A stretch of DNA of 64,000 nucleotides from Antedon mediterranea (GCF_964355755.1 NC_092674.1:11594001-11658000); one strand, 5' to 3'. Numbered from the stretch's first letter, positions 24,807-38,900 are shown. Notes: generated by a model not told the origin, from the sequence alone. Numbers and translations are program-made.

Positions 24807-26154
24807 GTATTTATCACGCAACCAAGTTCATAGGTCCAAAACCATAACATAAAATACATCTTCGGTCTAAGTCATCCGTAGGGAGATACTGTAGCACTGA
24901 TATAATGTTTATAATTTTATAATTTATAATACTGTAGGCTTAAAGTTCCTAAAATTTTGCAGATGTCCTAGTGGTAAACAAGCTTTAGTAATACTAGCTA
25001 GATGATACAGTATTGGCGATGTCCAAACCAGCTTAATTAGCAAGGAAGAAGCCCTAAGCTAGCAGACTGTTTTGGGAGTTGGCGTTCCATAGGACATAAA
25101 ACTTCCCGTTCTATAATTTTTAAGATTGAATGTATCACGGTTGGTTTGTGACTCCTTTAATAAGAGAAGATCATACAAGTGTGAGTCGGATCGTTATTGA
25201 ATTACAGTCATCATTTTTAATATTCCGCGTGTCATGATTTAAAAAACTACATGACCTGCTATATAAAGTGTTTTTCTATAAATGATAAGGTATTACGAAT
25301 TATTAGAACGCATAACCTACAATTACTATAACCCAGGCTCAGATCTGTTTTATTGGTCCGTTTTAATCCGATTTTATTCGTTATTGTCGGGTTACCCACA
25401 ATGTGTGTAGGCAATAATGTGTTCCATAAGCCCTAAACCTTTTCAATACTTTTTTTCACACAAACTGTATCATCAATTTGATTTGTCTAAGTTTTCCTAA
25501 GTGTTATGTTTGTAGTTTGTTTGTTTTGGGTCAAAATAAAACGAGTTCGAATCTTAGGCTAACCTGAGATTAAATTTATTCTTACAGGTGACGAAAATCG
25601 AAGATAGGCCGCATGAATGCGTCAATGGTGTTTGCTGAGAAACAATAAGATGTTGACGCTTGCTGAATCTTGTTATCTTGGTCCAGACATTATGTTTAAT
25701 CAGATAAATACCAATGATTTCTTTCCAATACCGGTACCAAACAAGAAGGCAAAAACTTTAACAAAGTAACTGTATCTTAGCATGTGAATTGTAGTTTAAT
25801 TAGGCCTATTATACACAGTTACGATAACAAGTATAAAGTTAATTATACGGCGCCGTGTGGATGTACTTTTATCATTTAGGCCTACCCGGTTTCATAGTAA
25901 TTGCAACATTGCACTATATTTTCAATTTTAATTTTATTTTTAAATTATTAGACCTATTTACGCTGTTGATGGAATGAAATAAAAATAATAATTATCAAAT
26001 GATAGATAGAAATGGTGTATGAATCCTTACTATTTGGAACCACGTGGTATTATGTATTTCGATAAAGGCAATGATGACGACATCATGTGACAGCGACGCC
26101 GACGATGTGATGCAATAAGGAGACGGTGACATTCATAATGTTATTACAATCACA

Positions 26155-26169
26155 ATAATGATGATGATA

Positions 26170-26201
<32 letters not shown>

Positions 26202-26416
26202 AATGATGAAGATACTAATAACGATAATGAGGATAATAATGATGATAATGATGATGATAATGATGATGATAATGATGATGATAATGATGATGATAATGAG
26301 GATGATAATTATGATGATGATGATGATAATGATGATAATGATAATGATGATAATCATGATGATGATGATTATGATTATGATGATGATGATGATGATGATG
26401 ATTATGATGATGATAT
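26155..26416. repeat. Imperfect (ATG/ATA)n trinucleotide microsatellite
   Basis: Visible ATGATGATAATG run; explains the poly-M, poly-I and poly-H ORFs. Confidence 0.95.
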
Positions 26417-27500
26417 GATACTGACAAGAAAAAATGATGATGACATTGACGATGATAGGGAAGATGATAACTTTCAATTACTAGAAAAACAAATTTAAAA
26501 TAGTTTGCTATCAAGTGATTGCAATAAGAAATTGTAGCTAACATATATCATGGACTGAAGAATTCTAGTTTTTGGTTCATGATATAAAGGATTTATCATG
26601 CACTGTGTCACCAAGATTCTTCTGATATAAAATGAATGAATGAATAGCGCATAAAATATCTCTATGTTCTCAACATCGAAAAAAGAATTGCTGTAGCCCT
26701 TAAAGATGTATTGTGCCCCTGAAAAAATAATTCTTACAAAATTTTTTGTTGAATATTCCATTTTAGTGTAACATAATAGTTATCCACTTTAAAGAAAAAT
26801 TGGATAAAAAAAAATGGTATTTACCTGAAAAAATGTAATTTAAAGCAAAAAATGGTCAAATTGGCTGCCAACCAATGGATTTTTGGTTGAAATTAACCAT
26901 TTATTTTGTCATTTTATAAGTGAGAACATGATTTTTTTTCATTTTTTTTCCTATGGAAGTTTATTAAAACTACAAAATAACATATTCAAAGTCTGATTTA
27001 ATTAATCTTCATTTTTCATGTTTTTGGGGGACAATACATCTTTAATGGTTTGTTTTCTCTTTTCTGTAAGCCTAATTGTAGAGGTGATGGACTATCTACC
27101 GATCCTATTTGCTCTTTATCTACATTGATAATAGTAAGGTAAGGTATGTCTACTATACAAATCATCCTTATCGTTTAGTTAGAAGACGCAATGTCATTGA
27201 TCACAACATATCAATGCACTTTTAAGTTTATTCAATCAATCAAACTGACGTTGTGCCGGAAATTCAAATTATGCATAATATGAAATTAGATTTAAATTTA
27301 AAATTCAAACTAGTTTTCATAAACACACCTTAAGTATACGAACATCAGCTTCCAAGAAATTCAATAATAAAAGCAATTGAAGCGCCAAAATATCATAATA
27401 TTGGTTTCTCATTTTTTATCTGACTGTAACCTACTTTTAGGCATAACTGTTCTTTTTCGAAACAAAATTGTATGATCCTACTATATTAGGCCTACAAAAT

Positions 27501-27891
27501 CCATTTACACTTGGACGATAACGATGGACGATAAATATATAAACATGCATTTTTTTTACATAAAACAAAATAAATTAGAAAGGTTTTCGTTCTAGAACTA
27601 TAGGATAATCATTTATGCTGTCTTTGATAAAAATAATATTTTTAAAATTCCAATCAAATGACGTCATGATAAATAAAAACAATAAAATCGTTGTATTGTC
27701 ACGATATTATTGCTCTTACTAATCGTGATGTCATTTGATTGGACGTGTGAAAATATCATTTTCAGCAAAGGAAGCATAGATGGTTATTCTATAGTTCTAG
27801 AATGAAAAGTTTTTATATTTCTTTTGTTTTATGTATGAAAAATGCACATTTGTCTATTTATCGTCGATCGTTATCGTCCTAGTGTAAATGG
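27501..27891. mobile_element. Fold-back MITE (~390 bp imperfect palindrome), PIF/Harbinger-like terminus
   Basis: CCATTTACACTTGGACGATAACGATGGACGATAAATA... pairs with ...TATTTATCGTCGATCGTTATCGTCCTAGTGTAAATGG; arms stay symmetric to a 9 nt centre near 27696; right end GTGTAAATGGGCC. Confidence 0.8.
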
Positions 27892-30800
27892 GCCTTTATT
27901 ATTGACCTACTAATTCCCCGTTCACATCAGCGCATGCGCAGTAGAACAATCATTATAGGCCCTCCATTGAGATGCAACTGTTATACGCAATTTGAACGAT
28001 AATAGGCCTACTCAATTCAAAATGAATTTTTCAGTATTAGGCCTATTTGTTAAAACCAATAATAATCTTACTTAGGCCTATAATTCCTGGGCTTACATTG
28101 ATAAATAATGGATGTAATTATTAATAATTAACATAATGTAATGTTATAAAAATAAAATAAAACGATTTAGACCTACCTAGGCCTTTGTTTTTTATTAAAG
28201 ACAGACGATAAACTTATACGATATTCTCTTATATGCATAGAGGCCACCGTACGTTTCGTGTTATTAATATTATGTGTTCAAATTGAAAGGAAATCTTTGC
28301 GCAATTTTACATTGCGCAAATGGTTCACATTGCGCATAACACTGATACCCAGATCATTGTCATTTTCAAGTAACTAGCCTTTATATACATATAGCTTTTT
28401 TAAAAATAAATCATACTGTCAAATTACTATACCAATTTTAGGAATTTTCGAGTTTCTATAGCCTACATGAACATTTATTTAAAAAATATATTAAAATGTT
28501 AAACCTGAAAATACTCGTGAATATGTGTGAGTATGGCTAAATTATAGCTAATTTAGGCTATTTCTCCGTGGTGTGAGTGAACATTGGCAAGACGTGTTTC
28601 TAGTAAATCCACCTATAAACGTACAATATAAAACATAATGCAAAACGGAAACATATTAAACGTACGTCCCTTGTCATTTTATTGATATTATTATAAATTG
28701 ATATTTTATAAAACATTCTTTATAAGGACTCGGATTGAGATCGCCACACGAATGGGAACACAATAAAACCAAATATTTCAGTTGAAGTCATATAAAAAAC
28801 TTACATTATATAAGAGGGAACTCGTAATATTATAGGCCTATCGACCGCTTAACACAAGTATACATTATAAAAGAACAATTACATTAAAAAAAATAGAGAG
28901 ATTAAAGAGAGCCTAAAACTGACAACAAACAAATGACAAACAACCAATACAAATTGTAGACCAATTATAATGGGCCGTAGTTACTCCATGGACCAGATCC
29001 ACAACATGGTTAATTCGGCATACCAGGAAAGAGTGAATGGTTAGGGTTATTCCTTTTTCTCTGACTGTACTGTATTTACTTTCCAGCCCCTTTAAAAAAT
29101 CTTTACCCTAGTATAGTAGTAGTATGTAGTAGATTTTCCTGTAATTTTTAAAATGCTAAACAATGAGGTGAGGAGGAGGTGTTTAGATTTTTTCTCTGCA
29201 TTTTCTATTTTAAAATCCATATATATCCACTATATTCAACAATGGCTCATACAATGACAAAATAAGTGCATTTAATGTTCGCTTGTTTTTAGAATTATTT
29301 CTCCATGGTCAAGGCAATCTAATTAAATTACACGTTTTTAATTTTACACACCCCAACTCTTTTAAGTTACCGGCTGGTAGGATTGATTTGTAATTAATAA
29401 AGTTTATTTGTAGAATAGTTACGGTACGGTATCAATTAACAACACATTTATCATTAACTTATGTATGGCACGCGATCAGAATGATAAAGGGCTATGTACC
29501 GTGTAAACAATAATAGTCAAGGATTAAAAAAAAAAAAAGGTTTTTATTGTTCAATGACACCGGTGAATTGAAAAAAATGAACAATAAGATAATAGTTATT
29601 CAATTTTAATATCAAATTAAATTGATAAGCAAATTATTTTACCTGATAAAACCGTAGTCAACACAAAGTCAACAGAAAGGCCATTTTGTTTAAAACGTTT
29701 TTTTTTAAATTATTATGCCTAATTAAATGTTTATTTATTTATTAATTATTTAGCTTTGTTTTAAAAAGTTAGTTTTTTGACATTTTGATATTTGTTTGTT
29801 CATTTTTTTTTTAAACAGTGAATAACTTATAATAAATTATTATAATGTTTGCAAAATGGCCTATTCAAATTTTTTTGTTTCTTTATTTTCATGTTTTGGT
29901 GGAAAATATATCTTTAAACAACAATATTTTATTATTATTCTTAGTAAAAGATTGATTGATATGAATAAATTAAAAATTCTCTGAACCAAGAAAACATCTT
30001 CATCCCGCATCTTATAACACCCTAGGTCTTACAAAAGTTTGGAAAAAAAAGAAAGAAACGATTTATGTATAATCCTCTTGGGTGAGCCAATGAAGTGTGA
30101 TCATGATTTTAACCAAATCCGGAAGTTTCAGATTAGTATTGTTTGAACATGAATAAAATGAATGAAATCTACAGTTGTGGAATTCGTTTCTTCGGTAGCT
30201 GTCAAGGGCTACAACACTCTGCCAAATCGATCGTACGCTCGTTAAATTTCGTTACGGAGGAAAACAGTGGTTATGCTTGAAAGCGTTGGCGATGACTTGA
30301 ACAGGCGAACATGTGTTGAAGAAGCGGTCCGTCAGTCTGTTGACAAGCGGCTAGCACGAGCCACGGTGATTATCACAAGGCTGCCGGCTCTGTCTGGCTT
30401 TTGACCGTGAGCTTGCCTATAATTGGTCGAATGTTTTAAACATATATTTAGGGACTTAAATACTAATTATAAACCAACATTGTTTTGATATAGTTTTGTT
30501 TTGATAAAGTAAAATTAATAAAATTAAATAAAGTAAATTGCCATACCATGTACATCAGCAATTGTGCTAATAATAATGATATTCGGTATTCCCTTATTAT
30601 AGTTTAAAAATAATATAAATATTTTTCCCTAAAAAGTCAAATATATGCTTAGTTATTCACTTTGACAAAAAATATATATGCATGGAAAAATAGTCAACTT
30701 AAAGACCATGTCTGGAAGCCAATGGGTTGCTGTTTAAAATTAATTGTTTATATTGTCTTTTTATAAGACGAGTTCATTATTTATGGCACTGATTGTACTT

Positions 30801-31055
30801 ATGACAAAAGTTTATAACTTTATAAAAGCTACAAGATTCATTTTCATTTTCCATGTTTTGTGTGGCAATACAGCTTAAATAATGATTAAATAATAAACAG
30901 GTTTTTAGTTACTATATAGGCCACATCTTCAATTGACATCCAGTCATTAAAAACAATTAACCTGCATGTTAAACAACTATTCTTTCCAGTGAAACTATAA
31001 TATTGTATTAATCATTGGCATAGGGTACACGTACTATTATTTATGCTTATCACAA

Positions 31056-31273
31056 TTGTCGTATTCGAGTGTACCGTTGAGTATAGTTTTTCCGTTGAGT
31101 ACTTCTTTAACGGAGTATTTTGAGCGTTGAGATTGTTCTTAACGAAAAAGCTTTCATTGTCAACGTTTTCTATTCAAATGACTTTCTGTTGAGCACAAAT
31201 TTACAATTCAAATACAAAAAGTACTCAACGAATCTTTACGTTGACAACGAAAGTTCCCAATCGAATACGACAA
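31056..31273. mobile_element. MITE with 13 bp TIR and internal CGTTGAG repeats
   Basis: TTGTCGTATTCGA ... TCGAATACGACAA; subterminal CGTTGAGTACT / AGTACTCAACG. Confidence 0.65.
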
Positions 31274-31533
31274 ATGTTACCGTCTTTGTTAGAGTACTGT
31301 TGTTATCGTTATGTTTCTTTTGCATATTAAAATACAATTAAAATCTAGACAACCGTATTTTAACAATAGTATAAGACAGTGTAGTAATAATTAATGAACA
31401 ATCATTACTCCATGTTAAGACCTAATGAACTGCACCCACTGATTTAATCGGTTAATTTCGTTCAAATTTAGCAGAATTGCTGCGCAGTAGGCCTAGGCCT
31501 ACAAGGTATAACAATATAATAATTATGCTTTTT

Positions 31534-31570
31534 GCACTGATGAAGGGCTAGTGTTGCCCGAAAGCTCTGC
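31534..31570 (+). ncRNA. Minimal type I hammerhead ribozyme motif (Penelope-like element type)
   Basis: GCA-CTGATGA-A-GGGC-TAGTGTT-GCCC-GAAA-GC-TC-TGC: stem I GCA/TGC, both catalytic boxes, stem II, palindromic AGCT stem III, UC cleavage site at 31567. Confidence 0.72.
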
Positions 31571-32598
31571 TAACTTTTCTGGCTGTTCTAGGCTATATTT
31601 ATCGTTTTGATTGAGCTTTTTGCTTTTTTTATTTGTATCTCCATTGGGATCCAGCCACTGATACCCACAGCATTGTCATTTTTTTTCAGTAATTTGCCTT
31701 TGGAAATATATTATGCTTTTAATATAAACGGTTTATTCGTCGCTATGCAACAGAAACAGACCCTTCACACAAAATATACACGGTCGGCGATCAGAAAGAG
31801 GATTGAATGGTTGTTGTAATTATATGCGTCATAAATATTCAAGGTTATATAGGGTAGGTCCAATTATTATACTTGTACCATGGTAGGTGGTTTATATTTC
31901 TTTTCAATAGTTAATTTTAGGATACGAGGGAGCCGTAACATATTCGTGACGTAATAGATCTGTGTGCCTTAGTGTGCCTTTGTTTTAAATTATAAAGACG
32001 CAGGTTAGAATAAAATAGATGACAAAAGCCTAAATAAAGTACGGAGGCCTAAAAGGGAAAGTTAAATAGGATAACAAACAGCAAAGCAAACGTTACAACA
32101 CAAGTAAATATTACTACTATATTATTATTATTATTAATATCAATTTCAAATTATGAATGTTTGAAAATGTACAGACTGGCAAGAAGCCATTGCTCTTATT
32201 GAAGCACTCAAAATTCTGGATAGCAAAATGTAGGTCACTCCGCAGTCCTACTTTTCACGAGTGGACGACGAGTTCCTTAAATTATTATTATTATTATTTT
32301 TATAATAAGCAAACTCATGTAATTTTGCATGTCAGTTCATCTATTGACCTACTAGTTTATTTTTTGAAATAAAAATCCATCTCTACGGTACAGTAATAGT
32401 TTTCAATCTAGGCCTATAGGACGCATCTAAGAACTTTTGAAAATACAGAAACCTGATTCTCAGTGCTGTATCTTCACATACAATATTGGCACAGTATATT
32501 ATGAATATAGGCCTAAATCATCTCATTTGTATCATATGCAGTACCTGTAGCATGTAAGGGGATGTTAAGGGTTATGTTATGGTCTATGATACTAAGGA

Positions 32599-32616
32599 GG
32601 GGGGGGGGGGGGGGGG
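32599..32616 (+). repeat. G18 homopolymer
   Basis: Direct observation. Confidence 0.9.
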
Positions 32617-35600
32617 TTGGGTACACGTATAAAACATGTGATGCTGTATTACCGAATACCTAAGATACTGCAGAAAGATACAGACGGAGGATCGTGTGAC
32701 AAGAAAAATAGTTGACGATTTCCCGTGTAGAAATGCAGCCCTGGAACGAATACACAGCTTGGCCTGGTATCGAACTCCAAACCTCAAGGTCGGCATTTCT
32801 TCTGTTCATTAAGTGTATAAAATTGGTAGTTGTCACTAAAATCTAAAATTATACATTGAGTTGTTCATTTACAATTGACAGGTTTTACACCTGCAATGTA
32901 ATAGATATAACTCCATTTATGACATTAGTTTATCCATGGAGGTTTATTTTTTCCTCCATGGTTTAGCTGCTATCACGTTGCTTCGCAAGCATTTGCTATC
33001 ATAGTTTAGGCCTATAGGTAAAATCATGCATGAAAATAATTAACGTTATAAATGTAAAAGTCGTTTCTGAAAGTTTATCAACTCTATCCTAGTTTTGTTT
33101 ACTTTAACCGTAGATTTTGTTCATAAATTCTTTTTTAGTGTGTTTATTTTTTTTCTGGTAATACAATAATATTGCATTTCATGGCAATAGATTATTCTAC
33201 AAGTTTAATGAATATAGTTTTAAATGTTAAAGATTAATTTAAAAAATAACATTAGGGTGATTGTATAGGTCTGTTTAATTTAAAACACGTTAGAGATTTA
33301 ACAGTAGTCTTGTTTATTTGTTGTTAAGTAGATTTGTAGAGATAAAGTGAGCGGTTAATCGCTTGATTAAAAGCGCCGACTCTTAGAAGTAACAAAGTTT
33401 AATTTGATTACAGTAAACAAAGATAATAACAGTGTTTAGAAAACAATAATTTGTAGTGACTCAAACTTAAACTTCTAATTTAATCTTAACTTGTATAATT
33501 ATATATTTCTTGAGTTTCTTGTATGAATTTTCCACATTTAGACCTACTTTTCCGTGAAAGATATTTTAGTATATATTACTGTTAAGAATTAAAACACTAT
33601 TTCACATCAGAAATTGGCTTGCTTCGTCATTTTTCTGAAAACATATACATGTACTGTATTATGATTTTTAATAGACTTATTTCGTTTTCTGTCTGTTTAC
33701 TTATAAAAAGTACAGTACATCTACGTGCAAGAAGAACCGTGCAAGAATCTTACAATATCGTCTGTTAATGGATTAGTTTAACACCAAATACCATGGTTAT
33801 TTATTTTAAAGAAAACACGATCCATGTTTTGTCGAATATTGAAAACAGAATTCGTTATATTAAAAAGTACAGTTGAATTAGTTCATTACATTTACTTGAG
33901 CGAATGACTGTAGAATTAGATTGGCTTATTAGATGATTACGGGTTGTATAGCTCTTGTTTCTTTTGCAATTGACAATAGAAGTCATATTTTAGTTTCCAA
34001 ATTTTCGCTCCAGGGGTTTTCAATCAAAATTGGCTTCCTATACCCAAAGGGCAAAAAGCCAAATAAGCATAACCTCCTATTTTGTTTACTTTTGAAAGCT
34101 AACCCCTAAAACAGAGCCATGTTGAATGCACTCCCTCGGCGCATTACAACAACCCCCACCGCGGTTTAAGCCTAACTTGTATGGCACTTTTAACTTCATT
34201 TAGAGTCCCTCGAGGGTTGTTGTGTCATCCACACCAGGGTAGGTGATAAATGTATAAAGCAAAGTTATTGTTACTAAATGGTTCAAAAAGGAAATTATAG
34301 AAATAAAAGGGATATTTTAGTTAAATAATAAAAGATCAAAATGTATACGGTTCAAATCTGTTTGCTAAAACAGGCCTACTGGAAGCAATAGTAACATACA
34401 GCCTGTTGTACCGTCTCACACTAATTTCTGATAAATTGGCATCACATGATATCCAAAGAAAAATATTTTGTTTAATTTACAAGATAGCTTAAAAAAGATT
34501 TACACTGCTACTTTGGTAATTAAAATATTTGGCAAATCAATGTTTTAGACCTATAATTTAAATACCGGTACACTAAAAACCACTATAACACAAATGATGT
34601 CAATATAATGTTATATAAATTATGTGCACATTATTGCAGTCCATTGTTTGAGAATCGAATTAAGTCAAGTTACTATTGAAATAATACAAAACTTAAAATG
34701 GCAATTGTTTATTTGTTGAAGTATAAAAGCATGAAGTAAGAAAGCGAAACATTGTGTTGGTTCCAGAGATTTGTAAAATGCTTAACTAATTAACAGTGTA
34801 CCCATAAACTGTTTTTGTTTGGCTTCTTTTGTTAATTCATTTGTACCAATTAATTGATTCGTTCTTGGGCGCATATAGTTTAGTTTTAATTTCACTTAGG
34901 CCTATAAACAGACAAAATAAACAAAAAACCATTGTCTGCTTTAAATTACAGGATTTTCTAGTAAAATAATTTTTCATCAAATTTAAGGAAATTGAATATA
35001 TATTATGTGACATTAGAATGACATATTCAACAAAAAAGATATAGAAAGCATTTTTTTCAGAGGTGACAATATATCTTTAACATTATCTACATTGCTACAT
35101 TAAGTAAATTGAATGGGGAGGGGTGAGGGAGTTGGTGGATTTACGTAATAACCTGTGTTTAGTCAGGTGATGTTATTTAATACACTTTTACTATATTTTG
35201 TTTTGTATTCATTTGTGTAAAGTAATGATCTACTGTATGTATCGATGTAAATTGGGGGTGGGGGAGGGGGTAATTTTCTGTTAATTGTTATATTTTATAT
35301 TGTTATTGTGAAGGATGCACCTTTGTGCTAAGTGTGCCACCGATCTAAAGGTGTAATTCCAAATAAATAAATAAAATAAATAAACAATAACATATTATGT
35401 CTTATATAATTAATTGTCTTATGGTGTCTAATATAAATGTCAATAGTCAACGCATAGGTTACACACTGAGTGACAATAAAAATGAGAGGATGAAAAAGTG
35501 ATTCAATTTGATACTACAACTTCCATTAAATGACAATCGTTATCTGAGTTATAGCATCACTGTTATCAGTTAACGAATTAACTGCTTATTTCAAAGAGTG

Positions 35601-35917
35601 TGCCTTTACAATAAAAATATACCATGTTCAAAATAGGACACCAATATGGTAGTATAATTGCACCCTTTAGGCAATTAAGGGAATGGTAAAATCTGGCCAT
35701 AATTGTGTTTCTGCCAATAAAACACCTCAATCACTGAGAACTGATAAGGTGAAAGGTACATTACCTGCTCATCTTCTTATCTTACACCTGTGAAGGTAAG
35801 CTGATAGGTATATGGGTATTATATAGCCAATTCGTGTATTTTCAATGAGGAATTGAGGTAGAAAGATAAATATAGAAATCTAGGCCTAATCTAACACCAT
35901 AACACTCTCAAAAGAGT

Positions 35918-36000
35918 CAATTCAATTCAATTAAACTTTATTTAACCACAGAGGCCTAGATCAACACTTGTTGTTCTTCCTTCCTGAGGCCGTGCACTTA
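35918..36000 (-). mobile_element. Probable LINE 3' end
   Basis: Minus strand: stem-loop-like segment, AATAAA, then (TTGAA)n tail. Confidence 0.4.
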
Positions 36001-37861
36001 TAACAAACAAATACAATTTCAACAATGTTTTAACCATATTATGTATAGTATATACATATATATATATATTTAAAAGTTTATGTTTAGACGTGTGTAGGGT
36101 CCTAGACGAGTGAATGTCACCTCCCGATTCTCGTCCGTGAAAATAAACAGCACTACACCTGCGTTTCTTGCTGACTATAACATTTCTCCTACATGGCGTG
36201 CTGACACTTAGGCCTTCATAGTATTTTTCAAATAAGTTGCGGTAGGCCTATGTCATGTTTTTTTCTGCAAACCAGCCTACAAATTACCGTATAAAATACA
36301 AATATTCGTATGCCAGCTTATTTCATTATAATTCTAGATCTGTAGAATACATTTATCAAAACAATAGATAGAGTAGTAGTTACACGGTATTAATTAATAT
36401 TAATATAGCGTTCATTTTAATCCCCCACACCCGACTGTAGGCTGGATAGACCGCCTTTAACCACCACCCTAAAATATTGTCGAATTGAAATAATAAAATT
36501 AATTTGATTTCATTATAATGTATCATTGGCCTAACTTTTATTATTAAATTCTTCTACTCATTTTTTCTAATTCATATTGCTTATAATTTGGTTTAAAACT
36601 GATTTCTCATTGTACCTGATTTGAAATGGGACACCGGCTCAACAAAATTGTTATTCATTCATTTGTGATTTTACACGTTGTTTACATGCATAAAGGCTTA
36701 TAAGAATAACAGTTTATAAAACAACCTCTAAAGTATTCACTCTTGCTGACGTAACACCATCGCCTAATTATCTAATGAGTTAATTAATGTTATTTGACTA
36801 CCGCCTTTGAAGTAGCAATGATATACCCTATTGAAATTAATCCCCGATTAAAATGCCGCTCTTTCAAAGAATTTTTAAAACTAAGCAAATAGTATAATAG
36901 TGTTATTAAATAGATAAGCATAATTCGTAAATAGTCAAGAAATAGATACCAAACGTCATAATGTAAACCTACTAACCCAGAGGAAGCATTGTCTTGGTGT
37001 GTATAGGTATTGAAATGAAAACAAATATCAATAGGGGCCTACTAAAGTAGACCTTATTAAACAAGATTTAACCATGCCAATACATGCAGCTTCAGTGCTA
37101 CCTTATTCAGCAGCGATTAGGCCATTGGTTTCTTACCGTTTATCTCTACTTGTTAGTCTTATTAGGCCTAGCATTTGTTTTGGAGGAACACATTTTCGTG
37201 GTAGGCCAATTAAACTAAATCATTTTGCACTTTCTGTCTTACAAATAAAGGGGTAAACAAGTGTGGTCGCCAAGGATCTGAACATATTTTAATTTTCTTT
37301 GTTTAACTTTTGTTTGTATTTTTAACATTATTTTGAATTATTATTAGGTCTTTGTAAAAACAAATACATAATAATCACAAGGAACTAAATAAGAAAAATA
37401 AACTTTCATTCATATTAAACAACCCATAAAGTAGAATATACCTAGACCTATTCAATATTCGAGGGAAGAGTAAAACTCCTGGTTATTCCCCAGTGCACTA
37501 CCCTTTACCATGCGTTTATTGGCTAATTATCAGTAATTATCACCAATTATTCCTACGTTTATTTTAAATCTTACAATAATTATAAACAATACAAAACGCA
37601 AATAGTAAACAATAGCCCTTTGACTAAATGCGGTAGCGAAATAAGATCAAAGCGGCGGTAAGTGATGATGTCGACTAAGAAGTACATACAATACAAATAT
37701 AGGTAAACGAAACAACAATCTATTTTACAAACACATTTTTTTAGTACAGTCTAGAGTAAAAGTAGGCCATTTTACAGTTTTAATAAAGCTATACACTTCC
37801 TAAAAAAATAATGAATAAAAATAATGATTTTGCATACAGTTTTAAAAAATAAAAAAAGTGT

Positions 37862-38229
37862 TATAGTGTGTGGACAGAGCTTTAAAGGATATTCGTCCAA
37901 ACACATTTAAGATGCAACATTTATTAGAAGCAAAGAAATAAAAACAAAAAGTAGAGGCCTATACTAACTTATTGTTGATTATTTTATGGATTGATTTTGA
38001 TGAATTATCATATTGAATGTGTGCAAAATTGATTATAAAAATTATATAGTGTGTGGACAGAGCTTTAAAGGATATTCGTCCAAACACATTTAAGATGCAA
38101 CATTTATTAGAAGCAAAGAAATAAAAACAAAAAGTAGAGGCCTATACTAACTTATTGTTGATTATTTTATGGATTGATTTTGATGAATTATCATATTGAA
38201 TGTGTGCAAAATTGATTATAAAAATTATA
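37862..38229. repeat. Tandem duplication, 2 x 183 bp
   Basis: TATAGTGTGTGGACAGAGC... at 37862 and 38045; no differences seen. Confidence 0.93.
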
Positions 38230-38844
38230 AGAAGTTCAAGATGGGGCGTGGGGTGGGCAATAACCGTCAAACATACTTTTGTAGGTCAACATTATTAACA
38301 AACTTTCCACGATTGAATAGCTATCATTTAATTTTTTTGTCGTAATTCCGGTAGTTGGTATTTAATTAAACAATACTAGGTATACGGTACCTATGTTACT
38401 GAGGAAATCATGTAAATGCAATTAAAAATACCGCTACACAATGTTATCATGAGCATGACATCAATAATTTCCGATTTGGTGTTACTCCTTGTGAATGGCA
38501 TTCAGCAACAAAGGAGTAACCATAAATTAAACGAAACGATATATTTTACATTACACACTTGCTTAATTTTACGGGTGATGTAGGCCTCCTACCACCCGTA
38601 CCGCAAATTAATTTCTGTAACTTACATTCAACGTTCAACCACCACTACGTAATATCTTAATCCCGTAGGAGGAAAAAAACACATGAAAGGACATTGATTA
38701 ACTTGTAGTACTGGGTTGTCTTTTATTTTAATGAAAAATTTACATCATCATTTCCGTTAACCTGGGTCTAATAATGGTTCCTCTAGCCTAATTTTCTTTC
38801 TTTCTGTTTAATTTAGGATATTTTATAGATCATTTTTTATGTGT

Positions 38845-38900
38845 AGGGCTAAAGCGCGTAGAAACATGGTATTAAGCGCTATATAAAACTACAGATATTA
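38845..38900 (+). mobile_element. SINE/LINE 3' tail remnant
   Basis: TAAAGCGCGTAGA...AAGCGCTATATAAA, typical L2-related tail; similar tails at 2715-2763 and 62524-62556. Confidence 0.45.

Noticed and set aside
22600-25770. Several plus-strand AG/GT-bounded blocks
   Set aside because: No consistent reading frame or recognisable homology; splice-like sites are expected by chance in AT-rich DNA.
26133-26544. Poly-Met, poly-Ile and poly-His ORFs
   Set aside because: Three reading frames of the (ATG/ATA)n microsatellite; no splice or start context.
28296-28345. Three TTGCGCA (C/EBP-like) words
   Set aside because: Ends in CATAACACTG, more like a MITE terminal fragment; no supporting context.
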